The notes under the pieces are model-generated. The model was not told where the DNA came from, made no database searches, and worked only from the letters and a program-made list of their open reading frames with translations. A DNA stretch of 64,000 nucleotides, taken from contig DATCFM010000099.1 in assembly GCA_036509515.1 (NCBI GenBank), forward strand, positions 7,063-71,062, given 5' to 3'. Made by a program: the position numbers and the translations under genes. This DNA comes from Acidobacteriaceae bacterium (GTDB taxonomy: Bacteria > Acidobacteriota > Terriglobia > Terriglobales > Acidobacteriaceae). Shown in pieces: positions 20,425 through 31,924 of this stretch (positions are counted from its first letter, which is position 1; the number at the start of each line of letters is the position of its first letter).

Positions 20425-21408
20425 TCAGTTCGTTCCCGTAGCAATGCGGATAATTTCCACATTTTCACTACCTTCGAGGGTGTGAGACACATTCGGCTTC
20501 GCAGTCAACACCATCGCGTGCCCCGCCGGAAGATGAACCGATCGTTCGCTGCCCAAACGTATAGCCGCGCCATTCTTCAATGCAATCAGAATCTGCATCC
20601 GGCCGTCCAATCCGAGCGGACGGGAAACTCCACTCGACAGCTCAAAACGATCGACCACAAAGTACGGCGAACGGATCAGCCGCACAAAGCCATCGTGCTT
20701 CACGGGCGCAACCAAACCGGCATTGGTGTGCGCCTTCGTGACCGCCAGCCCTTCCGTCAGGTGCAGCGGCCGCGGCCGCCCGTAGTCGTACAGACGATAG
20801 GTCGTATCGCTGTATTGCTGCGTCTCCAGTATGACCAGGCCCGGCCCTATCGCATGAATCGTGCCGGCCTCGACATACGCCATGTCGCCGGCCTTCACAG
20901 GCAGATAGCGCAGCTTGCTTTCCAGCGTTCCATCGTGAATGGCTCGCTCCATCTCGGCGCGCGTCAACTCTTCACGAAAGCCCAGCGCGAGCTCCGCTCC
21001 GGGCTCCGCCGAGAGCACATACCAGCACTCGTTCTTACCGCGCGGCTGCCCAATCGCACGCGCCTCTTCATCGTTCGGATGCACCTGCACCGACAGCTTC
21101 TCGCGGGGAAACAAAAACTTGATCAGCAACGGAAATTCGCCGCACTCATCCGCGCCAAAGCTCCCCGGCCAGCGCCGCGCCAGCTCGCCCAGAGTCAACT
21201 CGCCCTGCCCTTCGACAACGCACTGCGCCGCTGTCAGCCACGCCTCGCCAATAGGGTGTCCGGGCTTGGGCTGCTCCAAAAACGAGGGGAGCTCCGTGCA
21301 GCCCCAGATGCGTTCCGACAACCAGGGCCTGAGGATCACCAGCTCAGGGGACGCCTGCAAATCCTGTCCACCCTTTAATTCCGCAGCACCACTCTGTCCC
21401 GCCGCCAT
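20425..21408 (-). CDS. manA: Mannose-6-phosphate isomerase, class I
   Basis: RIWG, GEAW, FPLLIK, LSVQVHP, GKNECWY, GTIHAIG, ETQQYSDTTYRLYD. Confidence 0.9.
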   Translation of the reverse strand: MAAGQSGAAELKGGQDLQASPELVILRPWLSERIWGCTELPSFLEQPKPGHPIGEAWLTAAQCVVEGQGELTLGELARRWPGSFGADECGEFPLLIKFLFPREKLSVQVHPNDEEARAIGQPRGKNECWYVLSAEPGAELALGFREELTRAEMERAIHDGTLESKLRYLPVKAGDMAYVEAGTIHAIGPGLVILETQQYSDTTYRLYDYGRPRPLHLTEGLAVTKAHTNAGLVAPVKHDGFVRLIRSPYFVVDRFELSSGVSRPLGLDGRMQILIALKNGAAIRLGSERSVHLPAGHAMVLTAKPNVSHTLEGSENVEIIRIATGTN

Positions 21409-22000
21409 TCACTATTCTCCGCTGTCCCTAGTATGACAGCGGCTCGGCAAATCGAGCGAGAAAGCAAGTTTCGCAGCTATTCACACGCAGCCATCAGCAC
21501 ATCATTGCTGCCGAGTTGCGGATGCAGCCCATCCGCTCCGACGATCGCCCTGTCTCTCTTCGACCCAGGCATCGGCGCCGCAAGATGGCATCCTTCCCTC
21601 CAGGTCTCCTTCATAGGTACGTCGCGCGTTGAGGCTGCGGCGACTATCTTCGTCTGCACCCGACGTGCAGCCTCAACGACGATGGCCCCCGAGGGATTTC
21701 GATCCCGGGCGCGAGGGACGCTTCCCTCCATGGTGGACAGGGTTTACGCTGGAAGTTGTTGGATGGACACCACAAACTGCGGCCGACGGCAGGCCCGCGA
21801 AGATAGCGCGGACGCCGCTGGGATGGCCGTCACTGTGCACGACAGCGGCCGCGCCCAGACCGTCCGCCTGCGCTGAGTCTGCGCTGGGTCCGAGCTGAAT
21901 CCGTGCCAGTTCCCACGCGGCGCGCGGAACCAGTTACTCTTACTTCTGTGCGCCGGGAGCGACGCGCGCCTATCCTCTGCTTGCAACGAAGGAGCACCAC

Positions 22001-23359
22001 TTGGCCGTCCCCGTACGAAATGTAAGCGCGCCCGGCTTCACCGACGACCTGGTTGTGAAAACAGACACGCGCGCCATGTCCGTGGCGACCGGCCTCATCT
22101 TCATGGTCGGGTTTCTCACCTGCCTCAACGACGTGATCAGCCCGCATCTCAAGTCGATCTTCGGGCTCGACTACTCCCAGACTCAGCTCATTCCGTTCTT
22201 TTTCTTCTCGTCCTACTTTGTCTTCTCCTATCCAGGCGGCATGCTGGTGGATAAGGTGGGCTACAAAAAGACGATGGTCATCGGCCTGTTGATCATGGCC
22301 CTGGGCGCGCTTGGCTTTCTTCCCGCCGCGCACCTTGCGCTGTTCCCGGTCTTTCTGGCGGCCCTGGTCGTGCTTGCGGCGGGCATGACCGTCGTTCAGG
22401 TCGCGGTGAACCCCTATATCACCATCATCGGTCCGCCCGCGACGGCCTCGAGCCGCCTCAACCTCGCTCAGGCTTTCAACTCCTTCGGCACGTTCATCGC
22501 ACCGTTCTTCGGCTCGTACCTGATTCTTCGCACGGCGCCCGCAGCGGTCACTCCTGAGCGGCTGCGCTCGATGACCGACGTTGCGCGTCAGGCGTATCGC
22601 GTCGCGCAGGCCTCGACGGTGCAAATTCCCTACATCGCCATTGCGGTTGCGCTGGCGCTGCTGGCACTGGCACTGGCGGCGATCAAGCTGAAGACGACGA
22701 CGGGCGTCTCGGAACACACGCAGGACTTCCGTCCCGGCGCATTTGCCGAAGCGCTCAACAAACCGGACACCATCTGGCAACATCCATGGCTGCTGGCGGC
22801 GGCCGTGGGCATCTTCACTTACGTGGGCGCGGAGGTCACGATCGGCAACCTGCTGATCAACTACATGGGCCTGCCGCAGATCGGCGGACTTCGCGAGGCG
22901 GTCGCAGCGGAGTTCCTGATGGTGTACTGGGGCGGCGCGATGGTCGGCCGCTTTGTCGGATCGGCGGTGCTGCAGAAGGTTCGCACGGCTCCGATTCTGG
23001 GCGGCGCGGCCATCTTTGCTTTCTGCCTGGTGGTAACGACTCTGCTTACGCACGGACATGTTGCGATGGGCGCGGTGCTGGCGGTTGGCCTGTTCAACTC
23101 GATCATGTTCCCGTCGATCTTTACGCTGGGAATTCAGGACCTCGGGCCGCTGACCAGCAAGGGCTCGAGCCTGTTGATCGCGGCGATTCTGGGCGGAGCG
23201 ATCATCCCGGAGATTCAGGGCAAGCTCGCCGACCACATCGGCCTGCATCCGTCGTTCATCGTTCCGGCGGTCTGCTACATCTACATCGCGATCTTCGGGC
23301 TTATGTCGATGCGCCGTCCGGCGGCGCGCAATACTCTCCTTCCCACGGAGCCAGTGTAG
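22001..23359 (+). CDS. FucP/GluP-family sugar MFS transporter
   Basis: About 12 TM segments; QVAVNPY, RLNLAQAFNSFG, YVGAEV, FNSIMFPSIF. Confidence 0.9.
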   Translation: MAVPVRNVSAPGFTDDLVVKTDTRAMSVATGLIFMVGFLTCLNDVISPHLKSIFGLDYSQTQLIPFFFFSSYFVFSYPGGMLVDKVGYKKTMVIGLLIMALGALGFLPAAHLALFPVFLAALVVLAAGMTVVQVAVNPYITIIGPPATASSRLNLAQAFNSFGTFIAPFFGSYLILRTAPAAVTPERLRSMTDVARQAYRVAQASTVQIPYIAIAVALALLALALAAIKLKTTTGVSEHTQDFRPGAFAEALNKPDTIWQHPWLLAAAVGIFTYVGAEVTIGNLLINYMGLPQIGGLREAVAAEFLMVYWGGAMVGRFVGSAVLQKVRTAPILGGAAIFAFCLVVTTLLTHGHVAMGAVLAVGLFNSIMFPSIFTLGIQDLGPLTSKGSSLLIAAILGGAIIPEIQGKLADHIGLHPSFIVPAVCYIYIAIFGLMSMRRPAARNTLLPTEPV

Positions 23360-23401
23360 CGGCTTCTTCCGGGCGAGCTCAGGCGGGCGCTCAGGACCCG
23401 T

Positions 23402-26364
23402 TCAGGGCGTTCGCACCAGCGTGGCCGTGGCGAAGCCCTGCGCTCCGGTTACGGCCGCGATGTTTGTTGTCTCGGGCTGTCCCGGCACCTGGAGCGGCGT
23501 CACCGTCAGCAGACCGTTGGCGTCGGAGATGGCGGAGGTTTTGGACGAAGCGAGCACAGGGCTGGCCGGGCAACGGCCGTTCGCGGGACAGACGCCTTCC
23601 CATGCATTCACTGTTTGATAGAGGGTCACGGCCGCTCCCTGCAAGGGATGACCGTCGGCGTCGGTCACGAGAAGACTGACCGGCGAAAAGTTGGAGCTCG
23701 CTGCGACGGTCTGCGCCGCGCCGCTCGCGACGGAGACATTCCACTGCGAGGCGTCGACGGCGTATACGGTCCAGCTCGCGCAGAGGGATGTCCAGGCGCA
23801 GGCGGAGACTGTGTCGGCGCCGGCGGGGAGGTTCGAGGCCTGCACGGTGACGCTGGCAGTGCCGGCTGCGTCGGTGGTCGAAGTGTTTGTGCTCACGCTT
23901 AAGCCTGAGGCGGCGGTCCAGGTGATTGGCACGTTGGCGGCAGCTGTTCCATCCTGCGTGGCTGCCAGCGAGAGCGTCCACGACGGCGAGGCGCCCGCGG
24001 CGATGTAGCCCGGAGAGTTGACTAAGGCGATCGTGCGCACGGGAGTTGTGTCGTCGATCGTGACTTCGACTGAAGCGCCTCCGCTGACTTCCATCGCCCC
24101 GAGAGTGACCGTGCCGGCCGCGCCGCCGGTGACCGTGGTCTGCACGCGGCCGGTCGAGTCGGTGAGCAGCGTGCATGTCGATTGACCACCGCAGCCGCCG
24201 AAGAATGCGGATCCTTCGTCCACCGAAAGCTGCACCGTCGCGCCGGCGAGGGGCGTCGATCCATCTGGCGTAAAGACCTGCACAGAAAAGGGCGCGGTCG
24301 CGGCGACACCCGTCTCCAGAGAGACAGGGGCCGAGACCAGCTTGATGATGTCGGGCTCGGTGTTTGTGTAGCTAAGGCCGCTCGAGATCGTCGTCGCGCC
24401 ACCGGTGGATGTATCCATCACGGTCAGATCGACGTCGCTGCCGAGGCTAGCGCCGGCGTCCGTGAGGCTGGGCGCACGGGCTACGATCTCGTTTGCGCTC
24501 CAGCTCACGACTGTTGCAGGGACACCATTCACCAGCACACTGTTTCCCTGCCGGAAGCCTTCGCCGCGAATGGTGATCTCGCCACCGCCGCTGCCCAGCA
24601 CGGACGGGCTTACGGTGTCCGCGTACAGCACGCGCGCCTGATAGGCGAAGTCCGGCCTTCCTCCACCGAACTGGTCCGCGACCACGAAGGTGTAGGTTCC
24701 CGCGTTGACGCCGGCCGGCACCTGCAGCTGCGTTACGCCGAGCGCCCAGGCGTTCATCGCGACGGGCGCGGCCGCCACCGTCGGCAGGCCGGAATCGCCC
24801 GCGTTCCAAACGCCGATCACCGGCTGCGCCTTCGCCATGGTCGGCGATCCGGTCTCATCGAGCGCCGTCACCTCGATCGTCCAACTGCGGTTTTGGCGCG
24901 CGGACACGCTCCACCACGAGCTGTGACCCACGGAGCACAGCAAACCGTTCCACCATCCGCTGCTATCCGGGTCCGAGGGACGCGCCTGGGTTCCATCCGC
25001 GCCTGGCGAGCAGCTCGCCGCGGCCTGCGGTGCATTTGCCCAGAAACCTGCTACGCTTCCCGCGCGCGCCGAAAAGTCCGTCATCGAGGCGGAGCCGGAG
25101 GGTGAGACCGGCGGCCTCTGATAGGGTGCGAGCGCATATTCGCCGGTGTAGAGAGGATCGATGGGTTCGGTCGTCATGTACAGGTTCTCGACCCCACTGT
25201 CTGGAACCCGCTGTATGGTTGCGTGCCCCTGGTCCGGGCTCCAGTTTTCTCCCACGTTTTCGCTGGGCGACTCCTTTCCACTCACCGGATTCCCCGTATT
25301 CTGCTGGTACAGGAGGCCCGTCACCCCCGAGGCAATCTGCCAGGGCTCAGCGTTGTTGTGCGATGACAATTGACGGGTCACCACCAGGTTCACCCAACCC
25401 ATTCCCTGCCCAGTAGGGAACAGCACGGCTCCACCGAGATTGACCGCATTGTCCGCGCTCAGCGTCTTCCCAGCTGTCAGGTTGGCGCGGGTCACGGGAT
25501 ACAGCATTGCGAGCACGCTCAGATCGTCGGGCCGAAGCTCGAAAGGATTCGACATGCACTGGTAGCTGTACGCTGCGCAGAGAACGTCGATGGGATGCAT
25601 CACCGGCCAATATTGAATCTCACCCGCGGTCGGCGGTGTCGCTCCGGTAAACAGGTTGTCGTTGAGCTGCGACCAGGCCAGCCCAGTACGCGTCCAAACG
25701 CGCGCTCCACCTGATATTGCATCTGCAACATCTGTTCAGGAGCTGATCCAACACATCGCCCATTCAGGATGATCATGGCGTGCTGGATTGTGCCAGTATG
25801 CCCAAATGAGTCCACGCTCTCCAGGACCCCTGTCTGCCGGCATCCGCTCGGGTCGCTGGCGCCTTCGCCCAGCAGCGTATCGATGATGCTGCCATCCTCG
25901 TCATAGATCACCGCGATGGGAATATTCTGCCAGTTGCTCGCCGAAACGTCTGTGGGAAAGACCACCTCAGTCCCATCGAAATAGGTGTCCATTCCATTCA
26001 CATGCTCGGCCAGCGTTCCTCCTTGCGCGAGCACCAGGCTGGCGGTGGGCACGTTCCACGTCGCCGCCGCCGCAGCGACCATCGCATCCGCCTGCGCATG
26101 CGAAACCGTCTCATTCAGATTGGCCGGATCGGTGTAGTAAAGCAGCGACGACGTATAGAAAGCCATCGGGACACCATCCTCCGCATAGGTCGTGCCCGTA
26201 ACAAACCGGGGCCCACCCGCCTGCGCCAGCGGCGCGCTCGCCGCAAGCACGATCGCAAGCCCAAACACGAGCCCAGGCAGGGGCCAAGACCCCAACCGCG
26301 CGAGGCCTCTTCCGAACTCCTTCAAGCAGGACTCACTGGGCGGCATCGGCGCCTCGCTGCACAA
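23402..26364 (-). CDS. Large exported protein with degenerate matrixin-like domain, IPT/TIG and Ig-like repeats; frameshift near 25680
   Basis: ORFs 25600-26364 and 23402-25603 join if one base is added at ctgggc^tggcc, giving ERAFGRVLGLAWSQLNDN...QYWPVMHPID. IPT motif GGGEITIRGEGF...VVSWSANEIV. Confidence 0.7.
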
Positions 26365-27037
26365 CGACGTTCACCGCGGCTCGCTGTCCCGGCCGCACGG
26401 CAATCCTGACCTGCGGCTGATCCCCAAAACCGGACGCACGCCGCGGCGCCGCTCGGACCGGGGTCGGCAGTGGTCGGCGCGAAGGGCCGCTTCCGCGCAC
26501 CGTCCGCCAGGTCTGCACAAGCTGCACGGCATCCGACAGCGTAATCGCTCCATTGTCCGCATCCGGGAGCGGCTGCCCCACCTGCCGCAGCACGCGCGTG
26601 CTCAGTCGTCGCACATCCAGCAGCGGCGTTCCATCCTTGGCATGCACCAGCGGCACCACGCCCTCGCCGCCGTCGACCGCGGAACTGAATCCAGCCTGGC
26701 TGCTGCGGTGCAGAAACACCATCGCGCGCTCGCCGACGGTATAGCGCCACTGTCCGGGCGGCCACATCCCGGCCCACTCGCGCAGCGTGTAGGTTGGACC
26801 CACCTGCCCCACCACCGGCGTGTCCACGCGAAACACAATCTCAACCACGCTGTCGTGGCGCTGAATCGAAATGACCTGCCCGGCAAAGACGACCGCCGCA
26901 CGCGAAGCCAGATTCTGGAGCGCCGCTCCTACGCTGGGATCCGGCTCAGCCACCGCCTGCGCATTGCTCTTAAGGGGCGCGAACGGCGCGAACACCAACG
27001 CCCATCCCAACCCCGCTGCCACCATCCATTGACGCAT
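26333..27037 (-). CDS. Hypothetical exported protein, probably co-transcribed with the IPT protein
   Basis: Signal peptide MRQWMVAAGLGWALVF; AVVFAGQV...YTVGERAMVFL pattern; overlaps the start of the downstream gene. Confidence 0.7.
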   Translation of the reverse strand: MRQWMVAAGLGWALVFAPFAPLKSNAQAVAEPDPSVGAALQNLASRAAVVFAGQVISIQRHDSVVEIVFRVDTPVVGQVGPTYTLREWAGMWPPGQWRYTVGERAMVFLHRSSQAGFSSAVDGGEGVVPLVHAKDGTPLLDVRRLSTRVLRQVGQPLPDADNGAITLSDAVQLVQTWRTVRGSGPSRRPLPTPVRAAPRRASGFGDQPQVRIAVRPGQRAAVNVVVQRGADAAQ

Positions 27038-27145
27038 CCGCGACTGTCCTCCTACACGACACTCTTCGTCGTAAAGGAGGATTTCGAGCGCCAGCGTCTC
27101 AGACCGGAGCAACCCCTCAAGCCTTCATCCAACTAAGGTTGCATA

Positions 27146-27346
27146 TCAGATCTCCGGATAGAAGTCGAAGAACGCCTCGATGCTAAGCCGAAGCTGCGAC
27201 TCGATCCTCTCGCGACTTCCTTCCAGGATGTGCATCGTTACCTGGGCCTGGTTGCCGTTCTTGAGCTTCACCGGCGCCGCCTCGACGGCCTCGACCTCAT
27301 CCGCCGGCAGCAACCGCATACCATAAACCAAAACCAAATCAGCCAT
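27146..27346 (-). CDS. Small conserved hypothetical protein
   Basis: 66-aa ORF with host-like codon usage, divergent from trxB. Confidence 0.65.
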   Translation of the reverse strand: MADLVLVYGMRLLPADEVEAVEAAPVKLKNGNQAQVTMHILEGSRERIESQLRLSIEAFFDFYPEI

Positions 27347-27415
27347 AGCCCGATCCTACGCCGGCGGTTCCGGACTCGTCTGAACCCATAGCGCACCCTC
27401 TACAATCAAATAGAT

Positions 27416-28372
27416 ATGTCCGAAACCAATGCTGTACGCGACACCGTTATTCTGGGCTCCGGCTGCGCGGGGCTGACCGCCGCCATCTACGCCGCCCGCG
27501 CCAACCTCAAGCCGCTCGTCCTTGAAGGCCACGAGCCCGGCGGCCAGCTCTCCATCACTACGCTGGTTGAAAACTTTCCCGGCTGGCCGGACGGCGTGCA
27601 GGGACCGGAGCTGATCGAGAACATGAAGAAGCAGGCGGCGCGCTTCGGCGCCGAGCTGCGCATGGCGCACCTGGCTTCGGTCGACCTGACGAAGCGTCCC
27701 TTCGAGCTGAGTCTCGGCAAGGAGATCGTGCTCACGCGCTCGCTCATCATCGCCTCCGGCGCGTCGGCGCGCTGGCTCGGCCTGCCCTCCGAACAGGCGC
27801 TGATCGGTTTCGGCGTCAGCTCCTGCGCCACCTGCGACGGCTTCTTCGCGAAGGGTAAAGAGATCGCCGTCATCGGCGGAGGCGACTCGGCGATGGAAGA
27901 GGCGCTGTTCCTCACACGCTTCGCCACCAAGGTCACGATCATCAACCGCAGTGAAAACTTCCGGGCCAGCAGGATTATGCTGGAGCGCGCCATCGCGCAC
28001 CCGCAGATCGAGTTTCTGCACAACACACTGGTCGAAGAGGTTCTCGGCGTCGAGGATAAGGACGTCAAAGGTCTGAAGCTCTTCAACAAAAAGACCGGCG
28101 AGCGCTGGACGCTTCCCGTCGGCTTCATGTTCCTGGGCATCGGCCACCTGCCCAACGCGACGATGTTCCAGGGCCAGATCGATCTCGACGGAGACGGCTA
28201 CATCAAGACCGAGCACAACGTCTTCGTCACCGAGCAGGGCGTGCAGGTGCACGGCGTCTACGCCTGCGGCGATGTGCAGGACAGGCGCTACCGCCAGGCC
28301 ATCACCGCGGCGGGCACAGGCTGCATGGCCGCGCTCGAAGTGGAGAAGTACCTCGAAGAGCTGGGCCGATAA
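27416..28372 (+). CDS. trxB: Thioredoxin-disulfide reductase
   Basis: GSGCAGLTAA, CATCDG, GGGDSAMEEA, ACGDVQD..YRQAITAAG. Confidence 0.97.
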   Translation: MSETNAVRDTVILGSGCAGLTAAIYAARANLKPLVLEGHEPGGQLSITTLVENFPGWPDGVQGPELIENMKKQAARFGAELRMAHLASVDLTKRPFELSLGKEIVLTRSLIIASGASARWLGLPSEQALIGFGVSSCATCDGFFAKGKEIAVIGGGDSAMEEALFLTRFATKVTIINRSENFRASRIMLERAIAHPQIEFLHNTLVEEVLGVEDKDVKGLKLFNKKTGERWTLPVGFMFLGIGHLPNATMFQGQIDLDGDGYIKTEHNVFVTEQGVQVHGVYACGDVQDRRYRQAITAAGTGCMAALEVEKYLEELGR

Positions 28373-28373
28373 T

Positions 28374-30146
28374 TCACCAGCTCAATCGCAGAAGACTGAG
28401 CGACTCGCCGGGCATCGTCAGCGGAAGTGTGGCGACTCCGTCCTTTACCTCGATCCACTGCGGCGAGCTCAGCATCTGCAGTTGACCGGCGCGCTGCAAC
28501 TCCGCCGTCTGCTGCGCGGATGGATGCTGCGGCGAACCCATCGCCTTCCACACCGTATACGCGTTGCTGTGCGTTGCGTCGATGCGGAAGTGCTCCAGCA
28601 GCACACGGCTGCGGTCGCGCGGCAGCCCGGCAATCCGCACCTCAACATCCCTCGCGGGCGCGTCGCGCTCGGTGTCACGGTAGTTCCACACCAGGACCGC
28701 CGCGCTGCGCGCATTGGCCGTTGCAAGCGCGGCGACATCGGGGCCATTTCTTACACCTTGCGAAAGCATTGTGGTCAGCGGCGTTTCGGCGCTGCTGCTT
28801 GCCGCGACCTGCTCGCCTGCAAGCAGTCCCGCCATGCGAAAGAAGTTCAACTCCGGCTTGTCGATGCCGTGGGTTGAGAGCGAGCGGAAGCCCTCAAAAT
28901 AATCGCGCCCCTCGAACTCGAATGACCAGCTCAGCATTCCGATGAGATCGATCCTGTACTTCGCGGTCAGATCGAAGATGCGCTTGTACACAGCCGCGGT
29001 GTACGCCGGATACAGCGTTCCGTTGCGATAGTCGTTGGCCGGATTCATCTTGCTGGAGCAGGCCGCGCATCCTTCCGGATCGGCTTCGCTCAGGATCACC
29101 GGCAGCTTGCGCAGCTTCGGATAGGTGGCGATCAGCGCAAAGCCGCGATCCACATCGTCGAGCTCCTTGTTGATCCCCATCGTCACGTCGTCGCCGTGAA
29201 CCTGCGGCTGCCCCTTGGCGTGAAACGAGATGAAACTCAGCGGCACAGCACCGCCGTCGGCCGCGCTCCTTCCTGTTGCGACGTGATCCAGAAACGTCTT
29301 AAGGAAGGCTCGAGCGCGCTCCCCTCGCGGACCGGTCGTTGCGGGGCCGCCGACGCTCGCTCCTGGCAGCGCCGCGCGAACGCCCGCAACCGCATAGTCG
29401 TAGAGCTTCAGATAGTCGGCCGCGGTTCCGTGCCAGTACTCGATGTCGGGCTCGTTCCAGACCTCGAAGTGCCAGCCCAGCACCTCGTCGCGGCCGTAAC
29501 GCTGGACCAGATGCGCTGTCACCGCGCGCGTCAGCGCCTCCCACTTGCGATAGTCCTTGGGCATGTTGTTCGACGCGCCCGAGAGCACATCGCCTTTGGG
29601 AAACGCCACATGGTAGGGCCGCGCCGGCGTGCCGGCCGCAAGGTCCTGCGGCATAAAGCCAAGCTCCACCATCGGCTTCACACCGGCCGCTTTGTAGCCA
29701 TCGAAGATGCCGTCCAGAATCCTCCAATCGTAGATCGCGTGTCCCTGCGCGTCCTCGCGATAGACGCCGGTCGAACTCCACTTCAAATCTGGCGTCCCGT
29801 TGCCAGAGGTCAGCAGATGATGCACGCGCACAAACACCGGCGCGGGTGTCAGCGCATGCAGTTCGCGCAAAAGCGCCTGCCCACCTGCGGTCGTCGTATA
29901 GTTCGCCTCGTCATAGCCGAACCAGCGATAGATCGGCCGATACGGCGCGATCCTGCTGTTCAGGTCGACGCTGATTTGCACCGGCGCACCGGCATCATCA
30001 GCAGGAGCAGGCGCCGCCGGAGATTGCGCAAACCCCGTGGAGCCGACCCAACCCACAAGCATCGCCGCAATCACGCCGGCCCGTCCCACGCGCGCGACAG
30101 CAGCAGAGCCCGTTTCACTCTTGCCCGTAAACCATCTTTGCAACAT
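28374..30146 (-). CDS. GH39 glycoside hydrolase (beta-xylosidase-like), exported
   Basis: VELGFMP, FEVWNEPD acid/base motif, VGGPA, FISFH, LSEADP. Confidence 0.9.
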   Translation of the reverse strand: MLQRWFTGKSETGSAAVARVGRAGVIAAMLVGWVGSTGFAQSPAAPAPADDAGAPVQISVDLNSRIAPYRPIYRWFGYDEANYTTTAGGQALLRELHALTPAPVFVRVHHLLTSGNGTPDLKWSSTGVYREDAQGHAIYDWRILDGIFDGYKAAGVKPMVELGFMPQDLAAGTPARPYHVAFPKGDVLSGASNNMPKDYRKWEALTRAVTAHLVQRYGRDEVLGWHFEVWNEPDIEYWHGTAADYLKLYDYAVAGVRAALPGASVGGPATTGPRGERARAFLKTFLDHVATGRSAADGGAVPLSFISFHAKGQPQVHGDDVTMGINKELDDVDRGFALIATYPKLRKLPVILSEADPEGCAACSSKMNPANDYRNGTLYPAYTAAVYKRIFDLTAKYRIDLIGMLSWSFEFEGRDYFEGFRSLSTHGIDKPELNFFRMAGLLAGEQVAASSSAETPLTTMLSQGVRNGPDVAALATANARSAAVLVWNYRDTERDAPARDVEVRIAGLPRDRSRVLLEHFRIDATHSNAYTVWKAMGSPQHPSAQQTAELQRAGQLQMLSSPQWIEVKDGVATLPLTMPGESLSLLRLSW

Positions 30147-30202
30147 CTCGAAAGTCTACCGCGCACAACCTCTAGTGACATCTTCGCCGCGCATCGCCTA
30201 CC

Positions 30203-31774
30203 ATGGCCTGCATGACATTTAACAGAGTTGTTCCCGCGCTTCTTCTAGTCCTCACTCTGCCTGCGTTCGCCCAGCGTGGCCGGCGCGGCAACCAGGACAA
30301 CCCGCAGTCCGCTCCTTCTCAGACTCCCGCCGCCGCGCCCGGCGCGCCCGCACCGCCTCCCGGAACACCGCACCAGCCCGCCGAACCCAAGGCTCTGCCC
30401 AATCCTCTGCCCGCCGACAAGTCCGTCCAGCAGACCATCACCGTCAACGGCAAGACGCTCCACTACACCGCGACCGTCGGCACCATCGCCATGGAAGGCA
30501 AGGACGGCAAGCCCACTGCCGAGGTCGTCTATACCGCGTACATGCTTGACGGCGCGCACGACCGTCCCGTGCTCTTCGCCTTCAACGGCGGCCCCGGCGC
30601 GGCCTCCGGCTTCCTCAACTTCGGAGCCGTCGGCCCCAAGCACGTCGCCTTCGGCAACGCCGGCGAGAGCCCCTCCGACCCCGCCACCCTCACCGACAAC
30701 CCCGGCACCTGGCTCGACTTCACCGACCTCGTCTTCATTGACCCCGTCGGCACCGGCTTCTCGCGCTCGCTCGTCGACGACGCCGAAGCCAAAAAACTCT
30801 TCTACGCGCCGACTCCCGACATCGAGTACCTCTCGCTCGTCATCTACAAGTGGCTGGTCAAAAACGAGCGCATGATGTCCAAGAAGTACGTCATGGGCGA
30901 GAGCTACGGCGGCTACCGCGGCCCGCGCATCACGCACTATCTCCAGACGCAGCTCGGCGTCGGCGTCAATGGCCTCTTCCTCGTCAGCCCCTACCTTAAC
31001 CCCGACTTCGGCGACCGCAACCTCTCGCCCATCCCCTGGATGATCACGCTGCCCTCCATCACCGCCGCGCACCTTGAGAACGAGGGCAAGCTCACCCCCG
31101 AGGCCATGAAGGACGTCATCGCCTACGACGAGGGCGAGTACGCCTCCACGCTCATCAAAGGACCCGAGGACCCGGCCGCCACCAACGCCATGATCGCCAA
31201 GGTCACCGACATGACCGGCCTCGACCCGCAGTTCGTCAAGTTCTCCGGCGGCCGTCTCGAGACCAGCGCATATCTCCGCGAGACCCATCGCGAGAAGGGC
31301 GAGATCGGCTCCGTCTACGACTCCAACGTCACCGACCCCGATCCCTTCCCCTACTCGCCTGAGCAGCAGGGCTCCGATCCCATCCTCGAGTCCGGCATGG
31401 CGCAGATCACCCAGGCCATGGTCGACTTCGACACCCGCGTCGTCGGCTGGAAGGTCGACGACCGCTACAATCTGCTCTCCTACGACGTCGGCCGTCTCTG
31501 GGACCGTTCCGGCCCTGACCTCCGCCGCGGCGCCGTCTCCGATCTTCGCGAGGCCCTCGCCGCCGACCCCAAACTCCACGTCGTGATCCTGCACGGCTGG
31601 AACGACCTGAGCTGCCCCTTCATGGGCTCGCTCCTCACCCAGAACCAGCTCCCCGCCACCATCGCGCCACAGCTAACCGTGCACGAGTTCCCCGGCGGCC
31701 ACATGTTCTACACCCGCGCCAGCAACGGCGCCGAACTCCACCAGATCGCGGAACAGACCGTCGAGGCGCACTAA
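30203..31774 (+). CDS. Peptidase S10 (serine carboxypeptidase-like), exported
   Basis: FNGGPG, FIDPVGTGFS, GESYGG nucleophile, GGHMFY. Confidence 0.92.
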   Translation: MACMTFNRVVPALLLVLTLPAFAQRGRRGNQDNPQSAPSQTPAAAPGAPAPPPGTPHQPAEPKALPNPLPADKSVQQTITVNGKTLHYTATVGTIAMEGKDGKPTAEVVYTAYMLDGAHDRPVLFAFNGGPGAASGFLNFGAVGPKHVAFGNAGESPSDPATLTDNPGTWLDFTDLVFIDPVGTGFSRSLVDDAEAKKLFYAPTPDIEYLSLVIYKWLVKNERMMSKKYVMGESYGGYRGPRITHYLQTQLGVGVNGLFLVSPYLNPDFGDRNLSPIPWMITLPSITAAHLENEGKLTPEAMKDVIAYDEGEYASTLIKGPEDPAATNAMIAKVTDMTGLDPQFVKFSGGRLETSAYLRETHREKGEIGSVYDSNVTDPDPFPYSPEQQGSDPILESGMAQITQAMVDFDTRVVGWKVDDRYNLLSYDVGRLWDRSGPDLRRGAVSDLREALAADPKLHVVILHGWNDLSCPFMGSLLTQNQLPATIAPQLTVHEFPGGHMFYTRASNGAELHQIAEQTVEAH

Positions 31775-31792
31775 CTCGTAACTCGAAACTCA
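31772..31792. repeat. Heptamer tandem repeat at a stop codon
   Basis: TAACTCG-TAACTCG-AAACTCA beginning at the S10 stop codon. Confidence 0.6.
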
Positions 31793-31805
31793 CAGTCCAA
31801 ACCCC

Positions 31806-31831
31806 AAGGGCGGCTCGCAAGAGCCGCCTTT
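31806..31831 (+). terminator. Rho-independent terminator
   Basis: GGCGGCTC-GCAA-GAGCCGCC followed by TTT. Confidence 0.75.
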
Positions 31832-31924
31832 CCTGCCGGTCTTGAACTCAGCGGCAGCATCGCTGCGGAGTAGAATTAACGACGTCTTTCAGGCAAATTC
31901 CATGTTGAGTTTCTCGGAGAACAA

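Noticed and set aside
21433-21900. ORFs between manA and the MFS transporter
   Set aside because: No frame has a convincing start, codon pattern or motif; may be a decayed gene but cannot be supported.
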